Below are positions 1 through 8,583 of a stretch of 64,000 nt of DNA, in pieces; position 1 is the stretch's first letter; every line of letters begins with the position of its first letter. Under the pieces are notes generated by a model. The model worked only from the letters and a program-made list of their open reading frames with translations. It had not been told where the DNA came from and made no database searches. This DNA comes from Gaiellaceae bacterium (GTDB lineage Bacteria; Actinomycetota; Thermoleophilia; Gaiellales; Gaiellaceae), in assembly GCA_035310545.1 (NCBI GenBank), contig DATGEB010000037.1, positions 5,370-69,369 on the forward strand, read 5' to 3'. A program made the position numbers and the translations under genes.

Positions 1-742
1 GCACGAAAAGCTTCTCCCGTCCGCTCGCCTGCCCCACGAAGGAGACGATCTGCTGCAGGTTCGTTCCGTTGCGGATCACGGTTCCGGTGAGGCTCTCGTT
101 CATGTTCGCAGCATTCCAGGCCGGCGGCGAGCGGCGGAGTGGACCGATGATCAAGAGCGGCAACGCCACGACCGTGATGGCTCCTGCGCCGGCCACCCGG
201 GGCGAGCGGAACACGTACCCGCCGAAGCGCCAGACGAGCAGCATGACGACACCCGCGACCGAGACGCCGTAGAGGATGGCCAGCCAGCCCGCGCCACGGT
301 CGGTTCCCGACATCAGCCCGTGCAGGGACGCGAGGCCCCACACGGCGAAGTTGAGGTAGTGCGCCTTCCGCCAGAAGCTGTAGGCCATGCGCTTCCGATA
401 GTGGTTCGTGATCGCGAGGGCCAGCAGGATCTCGGCGGCCGCGACGCCCAGGCCCGTCCAGAGCGGCCTGTATTTCGAGGTGAAGGGCACGAGCAGCTGG
501 ACGAGCGAGAACGGAAGGAACGAGTCGGCCGCGATCGTCAGGACGTGGATGCCGATCAGCGAGCCCACGAGGAGGCCGCCGAAGCGGTGGATGTCCTCCA
601 CGGAGAAGCGCGGCCAGCGTTTGGTCTGCGCCTTGCCGCCGAGCGTGAGCCCGAACATGACGACGAGGCTGAGGACGACGTACGCCGCGACGCCCGACGC
701 CCGCGCCGCGTACCAGATCGCGGGATTCGAGGTCACGTGCAT
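1..742 (-). CDS. ferric reductase-like transmembrane domain protein (3' end lies outside the window)
   Basis: Absent from the ORF track because it runs off the edge. My minus-strand translation from ATG 742 reads MHVTSNPAIWYAARASGVAAYVVLSLVVMFGLTLGGKAQTKRWPRFSVEDIHRFGG... It has several TM helices with conserved His and high GC3. The start overlaps the apbE stop; an alternative GTG at 736 would give a GTGA overlap. Confidence 0.7.
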   Translation of the reverse strand, partial: MHVTSNPAIWYAARASGVAAYVVLSLVVMFGLTLGGKAQTKRWPRFSVEDIHRFGGLLVGSLIGIHVLTIAADSFLPFSLVQLLVPFTSKYRPLWTGLGVAAAEILLALAITNHYRKRMAYSFWRKAHYLNFAVWGLASLHGLMSGTDRGAGWLAILYGVSVAGVVMLLVWRFGGYVFRSPRVAGAGAITVVALPLLIIGPLRRSPPAWNAANMNESLTGTVIRNGTNLQQIVSFVGQASGREKLFV

Positions 743-1482
743 GCGGCCGCCGTTCTCGCTGCTCCGCGCCACGCATCGTTCTCGACGACGTCGCCGCCGA
801 CGCCGACGAAGCGCCCGGGGATGCCGCGCGCGTCGAGCCACTCGGGCCCGCGCTCGCCGAGGAGGAAGCCCGTCTTGGCGGCGACGTCGGCGTAGAGGCA
901 CGTCGCGCCGGAGGCTGTCACCTGCTCCCAGCAGGACTCGCTCGGGCGGCCGGTTGCCGGATCCACGAGATGCTGGCCGCGCGAGGCCGTCCCGCTCGTC
1001 GCAAGGCCGCCCGCGACGACGCGGATCGCGTCGCTGCCGGGAAGCGCGACGTCCACCGGGCCGCGCACGGCGAGGTCGCCGCCGACGGAGACGAATCCTG
1101 GCCCGTCGAGGGTCGCCGAAGCGTGGTCGACGGCCAGCGACTTCACCACGCCGTTCAGGTCGAGCGGCAGCCCCTGCGGACGGGAGAGCAGCGAGCCGGA
1201 GAGGACGACCTCGCGCCAGCGGCCGCACAGCGTCGGATCGACGAGACCGTCGGTTTCCGCGGCCATGTCGAGTGCCACTTCGAGCGCGCGCGAGAAGAGC
1301 GGCGAGACGGCGAGCACGCGCGCCCGCGAGCGGTTCACGCGCGAGAGCTCGGACTCCGGCCGGAAGAGGCTGAACGCGGACTCCCAGCGTTCGAGCACCG
1401 CCGCCACCTCTTCCGGGTTGCCACCGGCGACCGCGACGTCGCAGCCCATGGCGCGAAAGCGGTGAACGGCCGCGGGGCTCAC
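733..1482 (-). CDS. apbE: FAD:protein FMN transferase (ApbE family)
   Basis: Last 249 codons of track ORF 733..1755, with ApbE-like sequence (HRFRAMGCDVAVAG, ESELSRVN, LVDPT, VKSLAVD). The upstream 91 aa are Arg/Ala-rich filler. GTG 1482 overlaps the upstream stop (GTGA). Confidence 0.8.
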   Translation of the reverse strand: MSPAAVHRFRAMGCDVAVAGGNPEEVAAVLERWESAFSLFRPESELSRVNRSRARVLAVSPLFSRALEVALDMAAETDGLVDPTLCGRWREVVLSGSLLSRPQGLPLDLNGVVKSLAVDHASATLDGPGFVSVGGDLAVRGPVDVALPGSDAIRVVAGGLATSGTASRGQHLVDPATGRPSESCWEQVTASGATCLYADVAAKTGFLLGERGPEWLDARGIPGRFVGVGGDVVENDAWRGAARTAAACT

Positions 1483-1736
1483 GACGTCGCGCTCGATACC
1501 GGAGGCGGCTGCGCCGGCGGTGCGATCTGCCCGCCCTGGAGGACGCTCTTCTTGACGGCGCGCTCGAAGGAGGCCGGAGCGCCGAGCGGCGTCGCCTTCC
1601 CCTTCGCGTGCCCGGGGGCGTGGGTCTTGGCGCCGACGAACGCGACGCCGAAGACGAGCGCGGTCAGCGCGCCGAGACCGACCTTCGCCGCGCGCGCCCG
1701 CTGCCGCGCCTTCTCGATCCGCGAGTTGTTGGCCAT
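1479..1736 (-). CDS. small membrane-anchored protein, unknown function
   Basis: 85-aa ORF with a basic N-terminus, one hydrophobic helix (VGLGALTALVFGVAFVGA) and a Pro-rich tail. It is coupled to apbE by a 4-nt overlap. Confidence 0.5.
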   Translation of the reverse strand: MANNSRIEKARQRARAAKVGLGALTALVFGVAFVGAKTHAPGHAKGKATPLGAPASFERAVKKSVLQGGQIAPPAQPPPVSSATS

Positions 1737-1802
1737 CGCCTGCCGCAGTGTGCAAACACCCGATTAGAAGTCGATGTGAAGCCGCCGGTTACCATCTGAG
1801 TC

Positions 1803-3047
1803 GTGGCTGTGACGGCCGGAACGAAGCTGGATGCGCGGACGCTGCGCCGCGACTTCCCGATCTTCGAGCAGGAGATCCACGGGAAGCCGCTCGCGTTCCT
1901 CGATTCGGCGGCGAGCTCGCAGAAGCCGCGCCAGATGCTCGAGGCGATGGATCACTTCTACGAGACGTCGTACGCGAACGTCCACCGCGGTGTCTACGAG
2001 CTCGCGGAGCGCGCGACCGAGGCCCTCGAGCACGCTCGCGAGCGGATGCGCGCCTTCCTCAACGCGACGTCGACGCGCGAGGTGATCTTCGTCCGCAACG
2101 CGACCGAGGCGATCAACCTCGTCGCGTACGCCTGGGGGCTCTGGAATCTCGGCCCGGGGGACATCGTCGTCGTGACCGAGCTCGAGCATCACTCGAACTT
2201 CGTCCCGTGGCAGTTCGTCGCGGGCAAGCGCGGCGCCGAGCTGCGGATGCTCCCGCTCGACGGCCACGGCGAGCTCGACCTCTCCGGCCTCGACGCGATC
2301 GCACGCGAGGGGAACGTGAAGGTCGTCGCGACGAACCTCGTCTCGAACTCGCTCGGCACGATCAACCCGGTCGACCGGCTCGTCGCGTGGGCGCACGAGC
2401 AGGGCGCGATCTTCGTCTGCGACGCCGCGCAGGCGGCGCCTCACATGAAGCTCGACGTGCAGGCGCTCGGCGTCGACTTCCTCGCCGTCTCGGGCCACAA
2501 GATGTGCGGGCCGAGCGGCGCCGGCGCGCTCTGGGGAAAGGCCGAGCTTCTGCAGAGGATGGAGCCGTTCCTCACCGGCGGCCACATGATCAGCTCCGTC
2601 CACGCCGACCAGACGACGTGGGGCGAGCTGCCTCACAAGTTCGAGGCCGGCACGGCGCCGATGGCCGAGGCCGTCGGGCTCGGAGCCGCGATCGACTATC
2701 TGGAGGCGATCGGGCTCGACGCGATCGAGGCGCACGAGCACGAGCTCGCCGCCTACGCGCTCGGACGGCTCAACGAGGTGCCGGGGATAACGCTCTACGG
2801 GCCGCCGGCCGACCGACGCGCAGGAATCGTCTCGTTCAACCTCGAGGGCATTCACCCGCACGACGTTGCCCAGATCCTCGACCTGCAGGGCGTCGCGATC
2901 CGGGCGGGCCACCACTGCTGCCAGCCGCTGATGCACAAGCTCGGCGTCGCGGCGACGAACCGGGCGAGCTTCTACCTCTACACGATCCCCGAGGAGATCG
3001 ACCAGCTCGTCGAGGGCCTCCACGCCGTCCGTGCGGTGTTCGCATGA
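1803..3047 (+). CDS. sufS: cysteine desulfurase SufS (class V PLP enzyme)
   Basis: 414 aa with FPIF...LDSAASSQKP, the PLP-lysine motif SGHKMCGPSG and the catalytic loop RAGHHCCQP. Confidence 0.95.
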   Translation: MAVTAGTKLDARTLRRDFPIFEQEIHGKPLAFLDSAASSQKPRQMLEAMDHFYETSYANVHRGVYELAERATEALEHARERMRAFLNATSTREVIFVRNATEAINLVAYAWGLWNLGPGDIVVVTELEHHSNFVPWQFVAGKRGAELRMLPLDGHGELDLSGLDAIAREGNVKVVATNLVSNSLGTINPVDRLVAWAHEQGAIFVCDAAQAAPHMKLDVQALGVDFLAVSGHKMCGPSGAGALWGKAELLQRMEPFLTGGHMISSVHADQTTWGELPHKFEAGTAPMAEAVGLGAAIDYLEAIGLDAIEAHEHELAAYALGRLNEVPGITLYGPPADRRAGIVSFNLEGIHPHDVAQILDLQGVAIRAGHHCCQPLMHKLGVAATNRASFYLYTIPEEIDQLVEGLHAVRAVFA

Positions 3048-3484
3048 GCGACGCCGCCATGGAGAGCCTGTACCGCGAGGTCATCCTCGACCACTACAAG
3101 AACCCGCGCGGGCACGGCGTGATCGAGGACGCCGACGCGGAGGCCGAGGGCCAGAATCCGCTCTGCGGCGACGAGGTCTCGATCTACGTCGCCTTCGGCG
3201 AGGACGGCGAGACGATCGCCGACGTGAAGTTCTCGGGTCGCGGCTGCGCGATCTCGCAGGCGGCGACGTCGATGCTGATGGAGATGACGAAGGGCCGCAC
3301 CGCCTCAGAGGTCGCCGTGCTCGACAAGGACGAGCTACTCGCGGAGATCGGCGTCCCGCTCACGCCGGTGCGCCTCAAGTGCGCGATGCTCGGGCTCACG
3401 ACGCTGAAGGTGGCGCTGCACAAGGCCAAGGGGACGCCGCTTCCCGAGGGTCTCGCCGGCTTCGACGATCTGGAACTGAGTTAG
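3044..3484 (+). CDS. sufU: Fe-S cluster assembly sulfur-acceptor SufU
   Basis: 146 aa starting at ATG 3044, which overlaps the sufS stop (ATGA). Carries the NPLCGDE, GRGCAIS and LKCAML Cys ligand motifs. It is embedded in the longer track ORF 1748..3484. Confidence 0.9.
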   Translation: MSDAAMESLYREVILDHYKNPRGHGVIEDADAEAEGQNPLCGDEVSIYVAFGEDGETIADVKFSGRGCAISQAATSMLMEMTKGRTASEVAVLDKDELLAEIGVPLTPVRLKCAMLGLTTLKVALHKAKGTPLPEGLAGFDDLELS

Positions 3485-3488
3485 CGTA

Positions 3489-3803
3489 GTGCCGGACGTC
3501 GAAGTGGCCGCGGCGGATTCGTTCCCGCCCGGCTCGGCGAAGATCATCCGCGAGGGGAGCCTCTTCGTCGGCGTCTACAACTGCGCCGGCGAGCTGTACG
3601 CGATCGAGGATCGCTGCTCGCACGACGACGGCCCTCTCTGCGAGGGCGACTGGGACGAGGATCGCTGCCGCGTCGTCTGCCCGCGCCACGGCTCGATGTT
3701 CGAGCTGTCCACCGGCCGGCCGATATCCCTGCCCGCGACGGAGCCGGTCGCGACGTACCCGGTCCGCGTCGTCGACGGCGCGATCGTCGTCGAGCTTCCC
3801 TAG
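3489..3803 (+). CDS. Rieske [2Fe-2S] ferredoxin-like protein
   Basis: 104 aa with CSHDDGPL...CPRHGSMF (CxH...CxxH), immediately downstream of sufSU. Confidence 0.85.
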   Translation: MPDVEVAAADSFPPGSAKIIREGSLFVGVYNCAGELYAIEDRCSHDDGPLCEGDWDEDRCRVVCPRHGSMFELSTGRPISLPATEPVATYPVRVVDGAIVVELP

Positions 3804-3984
3804 CTCTACCCGCCAGCGGGCCGCTCGCTCGGGACGGCGATCTCGGCTCCGGGCAGGACGACGACGAACTCCTCGCGTCGCAGGCGTGGCGACGGCCGGC
3901 GTCGAGGTGCCGGACGCGGGTTTCGGCGAAGCCGCCGTCTTCACGGGTCTTGCGGAGGCGGAGCCGAGGCTCGACACTTCACCC

Positions 3985-5322
3985 ATGACCCCGGGAATCC
4001 GGTACGCCCGCTCCGGCGAGGTCTCAATCGCCTATCAGGTGGTTGGCGACGGGCCGTTCGACCTCGTCTGGACGCCCGGCGCGCTCTCCAATCTCGGGTT
4101 CACGTGGGAGGACGAGGCCGGGGCGCGCTTTCTTCGGGCGCTCGCATCCTTTTCGCGGCTGATCATCTTCGACAAGCGCGGGACCGGCCTCTCGGATCGG
4201 GTGGCCGGTGTCGCAGATCTCGAGACTCGCATGGACGACATCCGCGCCGTGATGGATGCGGCGGGGAGCGAGACAGCCGCTGTCTGCGGCGTCTCGGAAG
4301 GCGGCCCGATGGCGTCGCTCTTCGCCGCGACCTACACGGAACGCGTGCGGACGCTCGTGATCTACGGGTCGCTGCCCCGCTTCGTCCGAGGGCCGAACTT
4401 TCCCTGGGCGAAGCCGAGGCACGAGTATCTGGCCGAGTGCGAGGCTGAGGCCGCGGCGTGGGGGACCGAAGAGAACGCGCGTGAATGGCTGGAGGCTCAG
4501 GGGTTGGAGACCACGCCAGAGGCCGTACGGGAGCGGGCGCGCCGCGACCAGATGGCGATCAGCCCGGGGGCGCTTCTGCAGCTCGGCCGTATGAATGCCG
4601 AGATCGACGTCCGGCCGATCCTCTCGACGATCCGCGTGCCGACGCTCGTCCTGCACCGCGCGGAGGACCCGATCCCGATCGAAGGAGCCCGGTGGACGGC
4701 GGAGCAGATTCCCGGAGCCCGCTTCGTCGAGCTGCCGGGTGGGTCGCACGTGCCCTACTACGGCGACTGGGAGAGCGTGGTCGTTGCGATCCGCGAGTTC
4801 GTGGAGCCGATCTGTCTCGAGTCGGCGCGTCCGTACGACGGCGTCCTCGCGACCGTTCTCTTCACCGATCTCGTCGGATCGACCGCGAAGGCCGTGGAGC
4901 TCGGGGATCGCGCGTGGCGCGAGCTGCTCGAGCAGCACCACGCGCGCACCCGCGCCGAGCTCTCGCGCTTTCGAGGCGTCGAGCTCGACACGGCCGGCGA
5001 CGGCTTCTTCGCGCGATTCGACGGACCCGCGCGCGCGATCCGCTGCGCGTGCGCTGTGCGGGATTCCGTGAGCGACCTGGGACTCGAGGTGCGCGCCGGC
5101 CTCCACACGGGCGAATGCGAGGTCATGGACGGGAAGGTCGCCGGGATCGCGGTCTCGATCGGAGCCCGCGTCGCCGCGCGGGCAGGCCCCGGCGAAGTGT
5201 TCGTCTCGCAGACCGTGAAGGACCTCGTCGCGGGCTCGGGGATCGAGTTCGAGGATCGTGGCGGAGCCGAGCTGAAAGGCGTTCCGGGCGAGTGGCGCCT
5301 GTACTCCGTCGCCGCCGCGTGA
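3985..5322 (+). CDS. alpha/beta-hydrolase fused to a class III adenylate/guanylate cyclase domain
   Basis: The N-terminal half looks like an alpha/beta hydrolase (FDKRGTGLSD, GVSEGG nucleophile elbow). The C-terminal half is cyclase-like (LATVLFTDLVGST...DTAGDGFFARF...RAGLHTGE...GIAVSIGARV). The start could be ATG 3985 or the upstream GTG 3886. Confidence 0.8.
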   Translation: MTPGIRYARSGEVSIAYQVVGDGPFDLVWTPGALSNLGFTWEDEAGARFLRALASFSRLIIFDKRGTGLSDRVAGVADLETRMDDIRAVMDAAGSETAAVCGVSEGGPMASLFAATYTERVRTLVIYGSLPRFVRGPNFPWAKPRHEYLAECEAEAAAWGTEENAREWLEAQGLETTPEAVRERARRDQMAISPGALLQLGRMNAEIDVRPILSTIRVPTLVLHRAEDPIPIEGARWTAEQIPGARFVELPGGSHVPYYGDWESVVVAIREFVEPICLESARPYDGVLATVLFTDLVGSTAKAVELGDRAWRELLEQHHARTRAELSRFRGVELDTAGDGFFARFDGPARAIRCACAVRDSVSDLGLEVRAGLHTGECEVMDGKVAGIAVSIGARVAARAGPGEVFVSQTVKDLVAGSGIEFEDRGGAELKGVPGEWRLYSVAAA

Positions 5323-5344
5323 ACCGTCTGCTTACGCTCCATCT

Positions 5345-5884
5345 GTGAGCACCGAGCCGATCCGCTGCTGGACGACGAGCGACCCCGCGTACAACGCGTA
5401 CCACGACGAGGAGTGGGGGCGGCCGGTGCGAGACGAGCACGGCCTCTACGAGCGCCTCTGTCTCGAGGGCTTTCAGTCGGGGCTCGCGTGGATCACGATC
5501 CTGCGCAAGCGCGAGGCGTTTCGGAAGGCGTTCGCCGGGTTCGACCCGGAGCGCGTCGCGCGCTTCGGCGGGCGTGACGTCGAGCGGCTGCTCGGCGACG
5601 CCGGGATCGTCCGTCACCGCGGCAAGATCGAGGCCGCGATCGCGAACGCAAAGGCGACGCTCGGTCTCCGCGCCGCCGGCACGCCGCTCGACCGGCTGCT
5701 CTGGGAGTACCGCGACCACGCCGACGGAAAGGCGCTCTCGAAGCGCCTGAAGGCCGCGGGCTTCCGGTTCGTCGGCCCGACGACGGTCTACTCGTCGATG
5801 GAGGCGTGCGGCATCGTCAACGGCCACGTCGCCGACTGCTGGGTGCGCGATGCGGTCGAGACCGAGCGGCGCGCCCTCCTCTAG
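5345..5884 (+). CDS. tag: DNA-3-methyladenine glycosylase I
   Basis: 179 aa with YHDEEWGRPV...EGFQSGLAWITILRKREAFRKAF. Confidence 0.9.
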   Translation: MSTEPIRCWTTSDPAYNAYHDEEWGRPVRDEHGLYERLCLEGFQSGLAWITILRKREAFRKAFAGFDPERVARFGGRDVERLLGDAGIVRHRGKIEAAIANAKATLGLRAAGTPLDRLLWEYRDHADGKALSKRLKAAGFRFVGPTTVYSSMEACGIVNGHVADCWVRDAVETERRALL

Positions 5885-6279
5885 CTCTCGAGGATCTCCT
5901 TCAACCGCTCGAAGTCCCGACGGAACTGTTTCTCGGCGCGGCGCGCGAAGAGACCGGCGGCGACGCCGGGTATGTCGCCCTCGGCCGCGACTGTCAGTCG
6001 CGTGCCGCCTCCCGCAGCCTCGAGCTCGTGGCGGACGGTGAAGAGGAACGGGCTGTCGAGCGCGCGCAGCGTGAAGACGTGCGGCGCCTCGCGCGCGACG
6101 ATCTCGAGCGTCGTGTGCATCTCCCGCCCGAAGACGGAACGCGACTCCTCGATCCGGCCGGCGGTCTCCGTCGCGCTCTTCACACCCGCCTGCCAGGCGG
6201 GCAGGTTCGACACGTCGGTGAGGTAGGCGAAGACCTCCTCGGGCGCCCGCGCGATCTCGATCGTCAGCTCGGCGTGCAC
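5881..6279 (-). CDS. SRPBCC (polyketide cyclase/dehydrase-like) family protein
   Basis: 132 aa with the typical N-terminus IEIARAPEEVFAYLTDVSNLPAWQ. Confidence 0.8.
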   Translation of the reverse strand: MHAELTIEIARAPEEVFAYLTDVSNLPAWQAGVKSATETAGRIEESRSVFGREMHTTLEIVAREAPHVFTLRALDSPFLFTVRHELEAAGGGTRLTVAAEGDIPGVAAGLFARRAEKQFRRDFERLKEILES

Positions 6280-6337
6280 CGCCGCAGGATATGACGCCCG
6301 CCCTTGCGGCGGCCGCGTCTTTGGCTATGGTGCGTGT

Positions 6338-6568
6338 ACCGCGGAAAGGAGGTGGTCCGGCAGTGATTTCAGACAGTACGGGCAGTGGAGGTACCAGCGG
6401 GTAGGGGTGCCGTCCCCGGGACCCACGGGGAACCGCCTAGCCAGCGTGGGGGACGTCGCGTTCCGCGCCGCCCGGCCCAACTACCGAGGCCAGGGCAGGA
6501 AAGCGCCTCTACCACTACGCGCTGGTTACTGTGATCGAGGGGCCGCGAAAGCGGCCCCTCGTCTTTCT
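6338..6568 (+). ncRNA. candidate structured small RNA, unclassified (strand and ends tentative)
   Basis: Promoter-like TTGCGG (6304-6309), 16 nt, TATGGT (6326-6331). A 14-bp long-range helix 6394-6409/6510-6525 encloses hairpins 6413-6431 and 6457-6505. The element ends in a GC hairpin plus a U-rich tract (6537-6568). No protein-coding signal beyond a 13 to 25-codon ORF. Confidence 0.3.
6537..6568. terminator. strong GC hairpin, likely intrinsic terminator
   Basis: GAGGGGCCGC-GAAA-GCGGCCCCTC is a perfect 10-bp stem. On the + strand it is followed by GTCTTTCT. On the - strand it sits directly after the FMN reductase stop (6568-6570). Confidence 0.55.
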
Positions 6569-7125
6569 CAGGCCGCGACTCGTTCGGGAGCGGGCACTGC
6601 TTCCGACGCCAGCGTGGTCAGATGCAGCCGGAGCTGGTCGAAGATCTCTCCGTCGAGGAGCCTGCCCTCCGGGTCGAAGCGCTCCTCCGCGCGGCCGACC
6701 GGAATCTCGGTGCCGACAACGCGCGCGCCGGCGATGCCGAGGATCCGCTTCAGATCCTGCTGCGCCCAGAGGGCGCCGAACTGGCCCGTGCTGGCGCCGA
6801 TCACCGCGACCGTCTTGTTGCGAAGCACCGCGTCCTGCCCCGGCCGCGAAGCCCAGTCGATCGCGTTCTTGAGGCCGCCGGGGACCGAGCCGTTGTACTC
6901 GGGCGTCGAGAAGAGAATCGCGTCGGCGGCGCCCCACTCGTCGCGCAGGCGCCGCACCGACTCGGGGGTGTCGCTCTCGAGGTCGTCGTCGTACAGCGGG
7001 AGCTCGCCGAGTCCCTCCCAGAGCTCGAGCTCGATCCCGTCGGGCGCGGCCTCGATCGCAGCCCGCAGGAGGCTCGTGTTGAACGAGCTCTCCCGCAGGC
7101 TGCCGGAAACGGCGAGCACACGCAC
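6568..7125 (-). CDS. NADPH-dependent FMN reductase
   Basis: 185 aa with MRVLAVSGSLRESSFNT...LFSTPEYNGSVPGGLKNAIDW. Confidence 0.85.
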   Translation of the reverse strand: MRVLAVSGSLRESSFNTSLLRAAIEAAPDGIELELWEGLGELPLYDDDLESDTPESVRRLRDEWGAADAILFSTPEYNGSVPGGLKNAIDWASRPGQDAVLRNKTVAVIGASTGQFGALWAQQDLKRILGIAGARVVGTEIPVGRAEERFDPEGRLLDGEIFDQLRLHLTTLASEAVPAPERVAA

Positions 7126-7127
7126 CG

Positions 7128-7655
7128 TCAGCTCTCCTGCCCGTCTGCTGCCTTGACCAGCGCGAGGTCCGCCTTGATGGTGACGTCGTCGCCGAGGTAG
7201 TTGCCGCCGCCCTGGTTTGGCGCGTTCCAGTTGATGCCGTACTCGGTGCGGTCGACCTTCGCCTCGAGGGTGATGCCGACGCGCTCGCGGCCGAACGGAT
7301 CGACGTTCGGCTCCGAGACCGACGCCGTGATCGCGACCGGGCGGGTCACGCCCTTGATCGTCAGCTCGCCGTGCTCGAGGTCGCTCGTCCGGAAGGTGAT
7401 CTCCGGGAAGCGCTCTGCGTCGAAGAAGTCCGGCGTCTGAAGGTGGCCGTTGAGCTGCTCGTCCTTGACGTCGACGCTGGCGACCCTGGCGGAGCCTTCG
7501 AGGACGCCGTCACGCAGGCCGGCAGCGTACTCGCGGAAGCCGCCGCGGAACGTGCTCGTGCCCGCGTAGGCGATCTCGAACGCGACGTTCGAGTGAACCG
7601 GGTCGGCGCTCCAGCTGCCGGCCGGTGCAATCTTCGAGGAGGTGATGGTGGACAT
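7128..7655 (-). CDS. YceI-like polyisoprenoid-binding protein
   Basis: WSADPVHSNVAFEI...TFRGGF...ELTIKGVTRPV. ATG 7655 is preceded by AGGAGA; the track ORF begins 11 codons earlier. Confidence 0.85.
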   Translation of the reverse strand: MSTITSSKIAPAGSWSADPVHSNVAFEIAYAGTSTFRGGFREYAAGLRDGVLEGSARVASVDVKDEQLNGHLQTPDFFDAERFPEITFRTSDLEHGELTIKGVTRPVAITASVSEPNVDPFGRERVGITLEAKVDRTEYGINWNAPNQGGGNYLGDDVTIKADLALVKAADGQES

Positions 7656-7672
7656 TGGGTATCTCCTGACGT

Positions 7673-7724
7673 ATACTTGAGGACGCAATCAACTATAGCG
7701 AGAGAAGATTGCTTAGTCAAGTAT
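7673..7724. promoter_or_regulatory. possible MarR operator: 8-bp inverted repeat ATACTTGA / TCAAGTAT
   Basis: Arms at 7673-7680 and 7717-7724, in the AT-rich divergent region between yceI and marR. Short arms and a 36-nt spacer mean chance cannot be excluded. Confidence 0.25.
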
Positions 7725-8194
7725 TGAGCGCACAAGAAGTTCTCGACGATCCCACAGTCATCGCCTGGGTGCGGTTTCTCCGTGCTCACGCGGCGACGAC
7801 CAGGGAGCTCGGTGCGCGCCTCGAGGCCGACCACGGCCTGACCATGAGCGACTACGACGTCCTGATCCAGCTCTACTTCGCGGAGGGCCACGCGATGCGG
7901 CGGGTCGACATCGCGCGCCAGGTGCTTCTCACGGCATCGGGGATTACGCGGCTCCTCGACGGGCTCGAGCGCTGCGGCCTCGTCGCGAAGAAGGCGTGCG
8001 CGAGCGACGCGCGCGTGAGCTACGCCGTGCTCACCGAGGAGGGCGTGAGGAAGGTCGAGGCCGCGCGAGACACGCACCTCGCCGACGTCGAGGAGCTCTT
8101 CGGCTCGCAGTTCTCGCCCGAGGAGCGAGTGCAGCTCGGTGAGCTGCTCGGCCGGCTCCCGCTCGCGCACACCGCCGAGCAGTGCGAGACGTGA
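7709..8194 (+). CDS. MarR family transcriptional regulator
   Basis: 161 aa with a winged-helix region (MSDYDVLIQL...RVDIARQVLLTASGITRLLDGLERCGLV). TTG 7709 and in-frame TTG 7724 are both possible starts. Confidence 0.85.
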   Translation: MLSQVLSAQEVLDDPTVIAWVRFLRAHAATTRELGARLEADHGLTMSDYDVLIQLYFAEGHAMRRVDIARQVLLTASGITRLLDGLERCGLVAKKACASDARVSYAVLTEEGVRKVEAARDTHLADVEELFGSQFSPEERVQLGELLGRLPLAHTAEQCET

Positions 8195-8583
8195 GCTATG
8201 CCTTCGGCTCGCTCGGCGAGCTCGGCGAGGGGCCGGGGTTCCGCAAGATCCGCTCGGCGCTCGGCGTGACCGCATTCGGAATCAACGGGATCGTGATGGC
8301 AGCCGGCCACGACGGGTTTCTCCACTTCCACGACATCCAGGACGAGCTCTACTTCGTCCACCGAGGCCGCGTCGAGGTCGAGGTGGAGGGCGAGAAGCGC
8401 GTCCTCGGCGAAGGCGGCATCTTCCACGTCGAGTCCACGACGCCACGCAAGGTGTCGAACCCGTTCGACGAAGAGGCGGTCGTGCTCGCGATCGGTGGCA
8501 AGGAGGGCTACGTCGAGCGCGACGGCCACATGGTCGACGACGCCGACATCGCCCGGCGCGCGGCGTTCGGGAAGCCGGCCTAG
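8182..8583 (+). CDS. cupin domain protein
   Basis: 133 aa with HFHDIQDELYFVHRGRVEVEVEGE...GGIFHV (cupin motifs). Overlaps the marR end by 13 nt. Confidence 0.8.
   Translation: MRDVSYAFGSLGELGEGPGFRKIRSALGVTAFGINGIVMAAGHDGFLHFHDIQDELYFVHRGRVEVEVEGEKRVLGEGGIFHVESTTPRKVSNPFDEEAVVLAIGGKEGYVERDGHMVDDADIARRAAFGKPA

Noticed and set aside
6401-6453. TPP-aptamer-like string GGUAGGGGUGCC...ACCC...GAACCGCCUAGCCAGCGUGGGGGA on the + strand
   Set aside because: It lacks the invariant CUGAGA and ACCUGAUC elements that are present in the genuine THI-box at 34609-34688. There is no downstream + strand gene to regulate. It is kept only as part of the unclassified structured element.
6503-6522. tRNA D-arm-like GCGCGUAGUGGUAGAGGCGC on the minus strand
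   Set aside because: No acceptor stem, anticodon arm or GTTCRANNC T-arm can be built around it. No tRNA is supported anywhere in the window.
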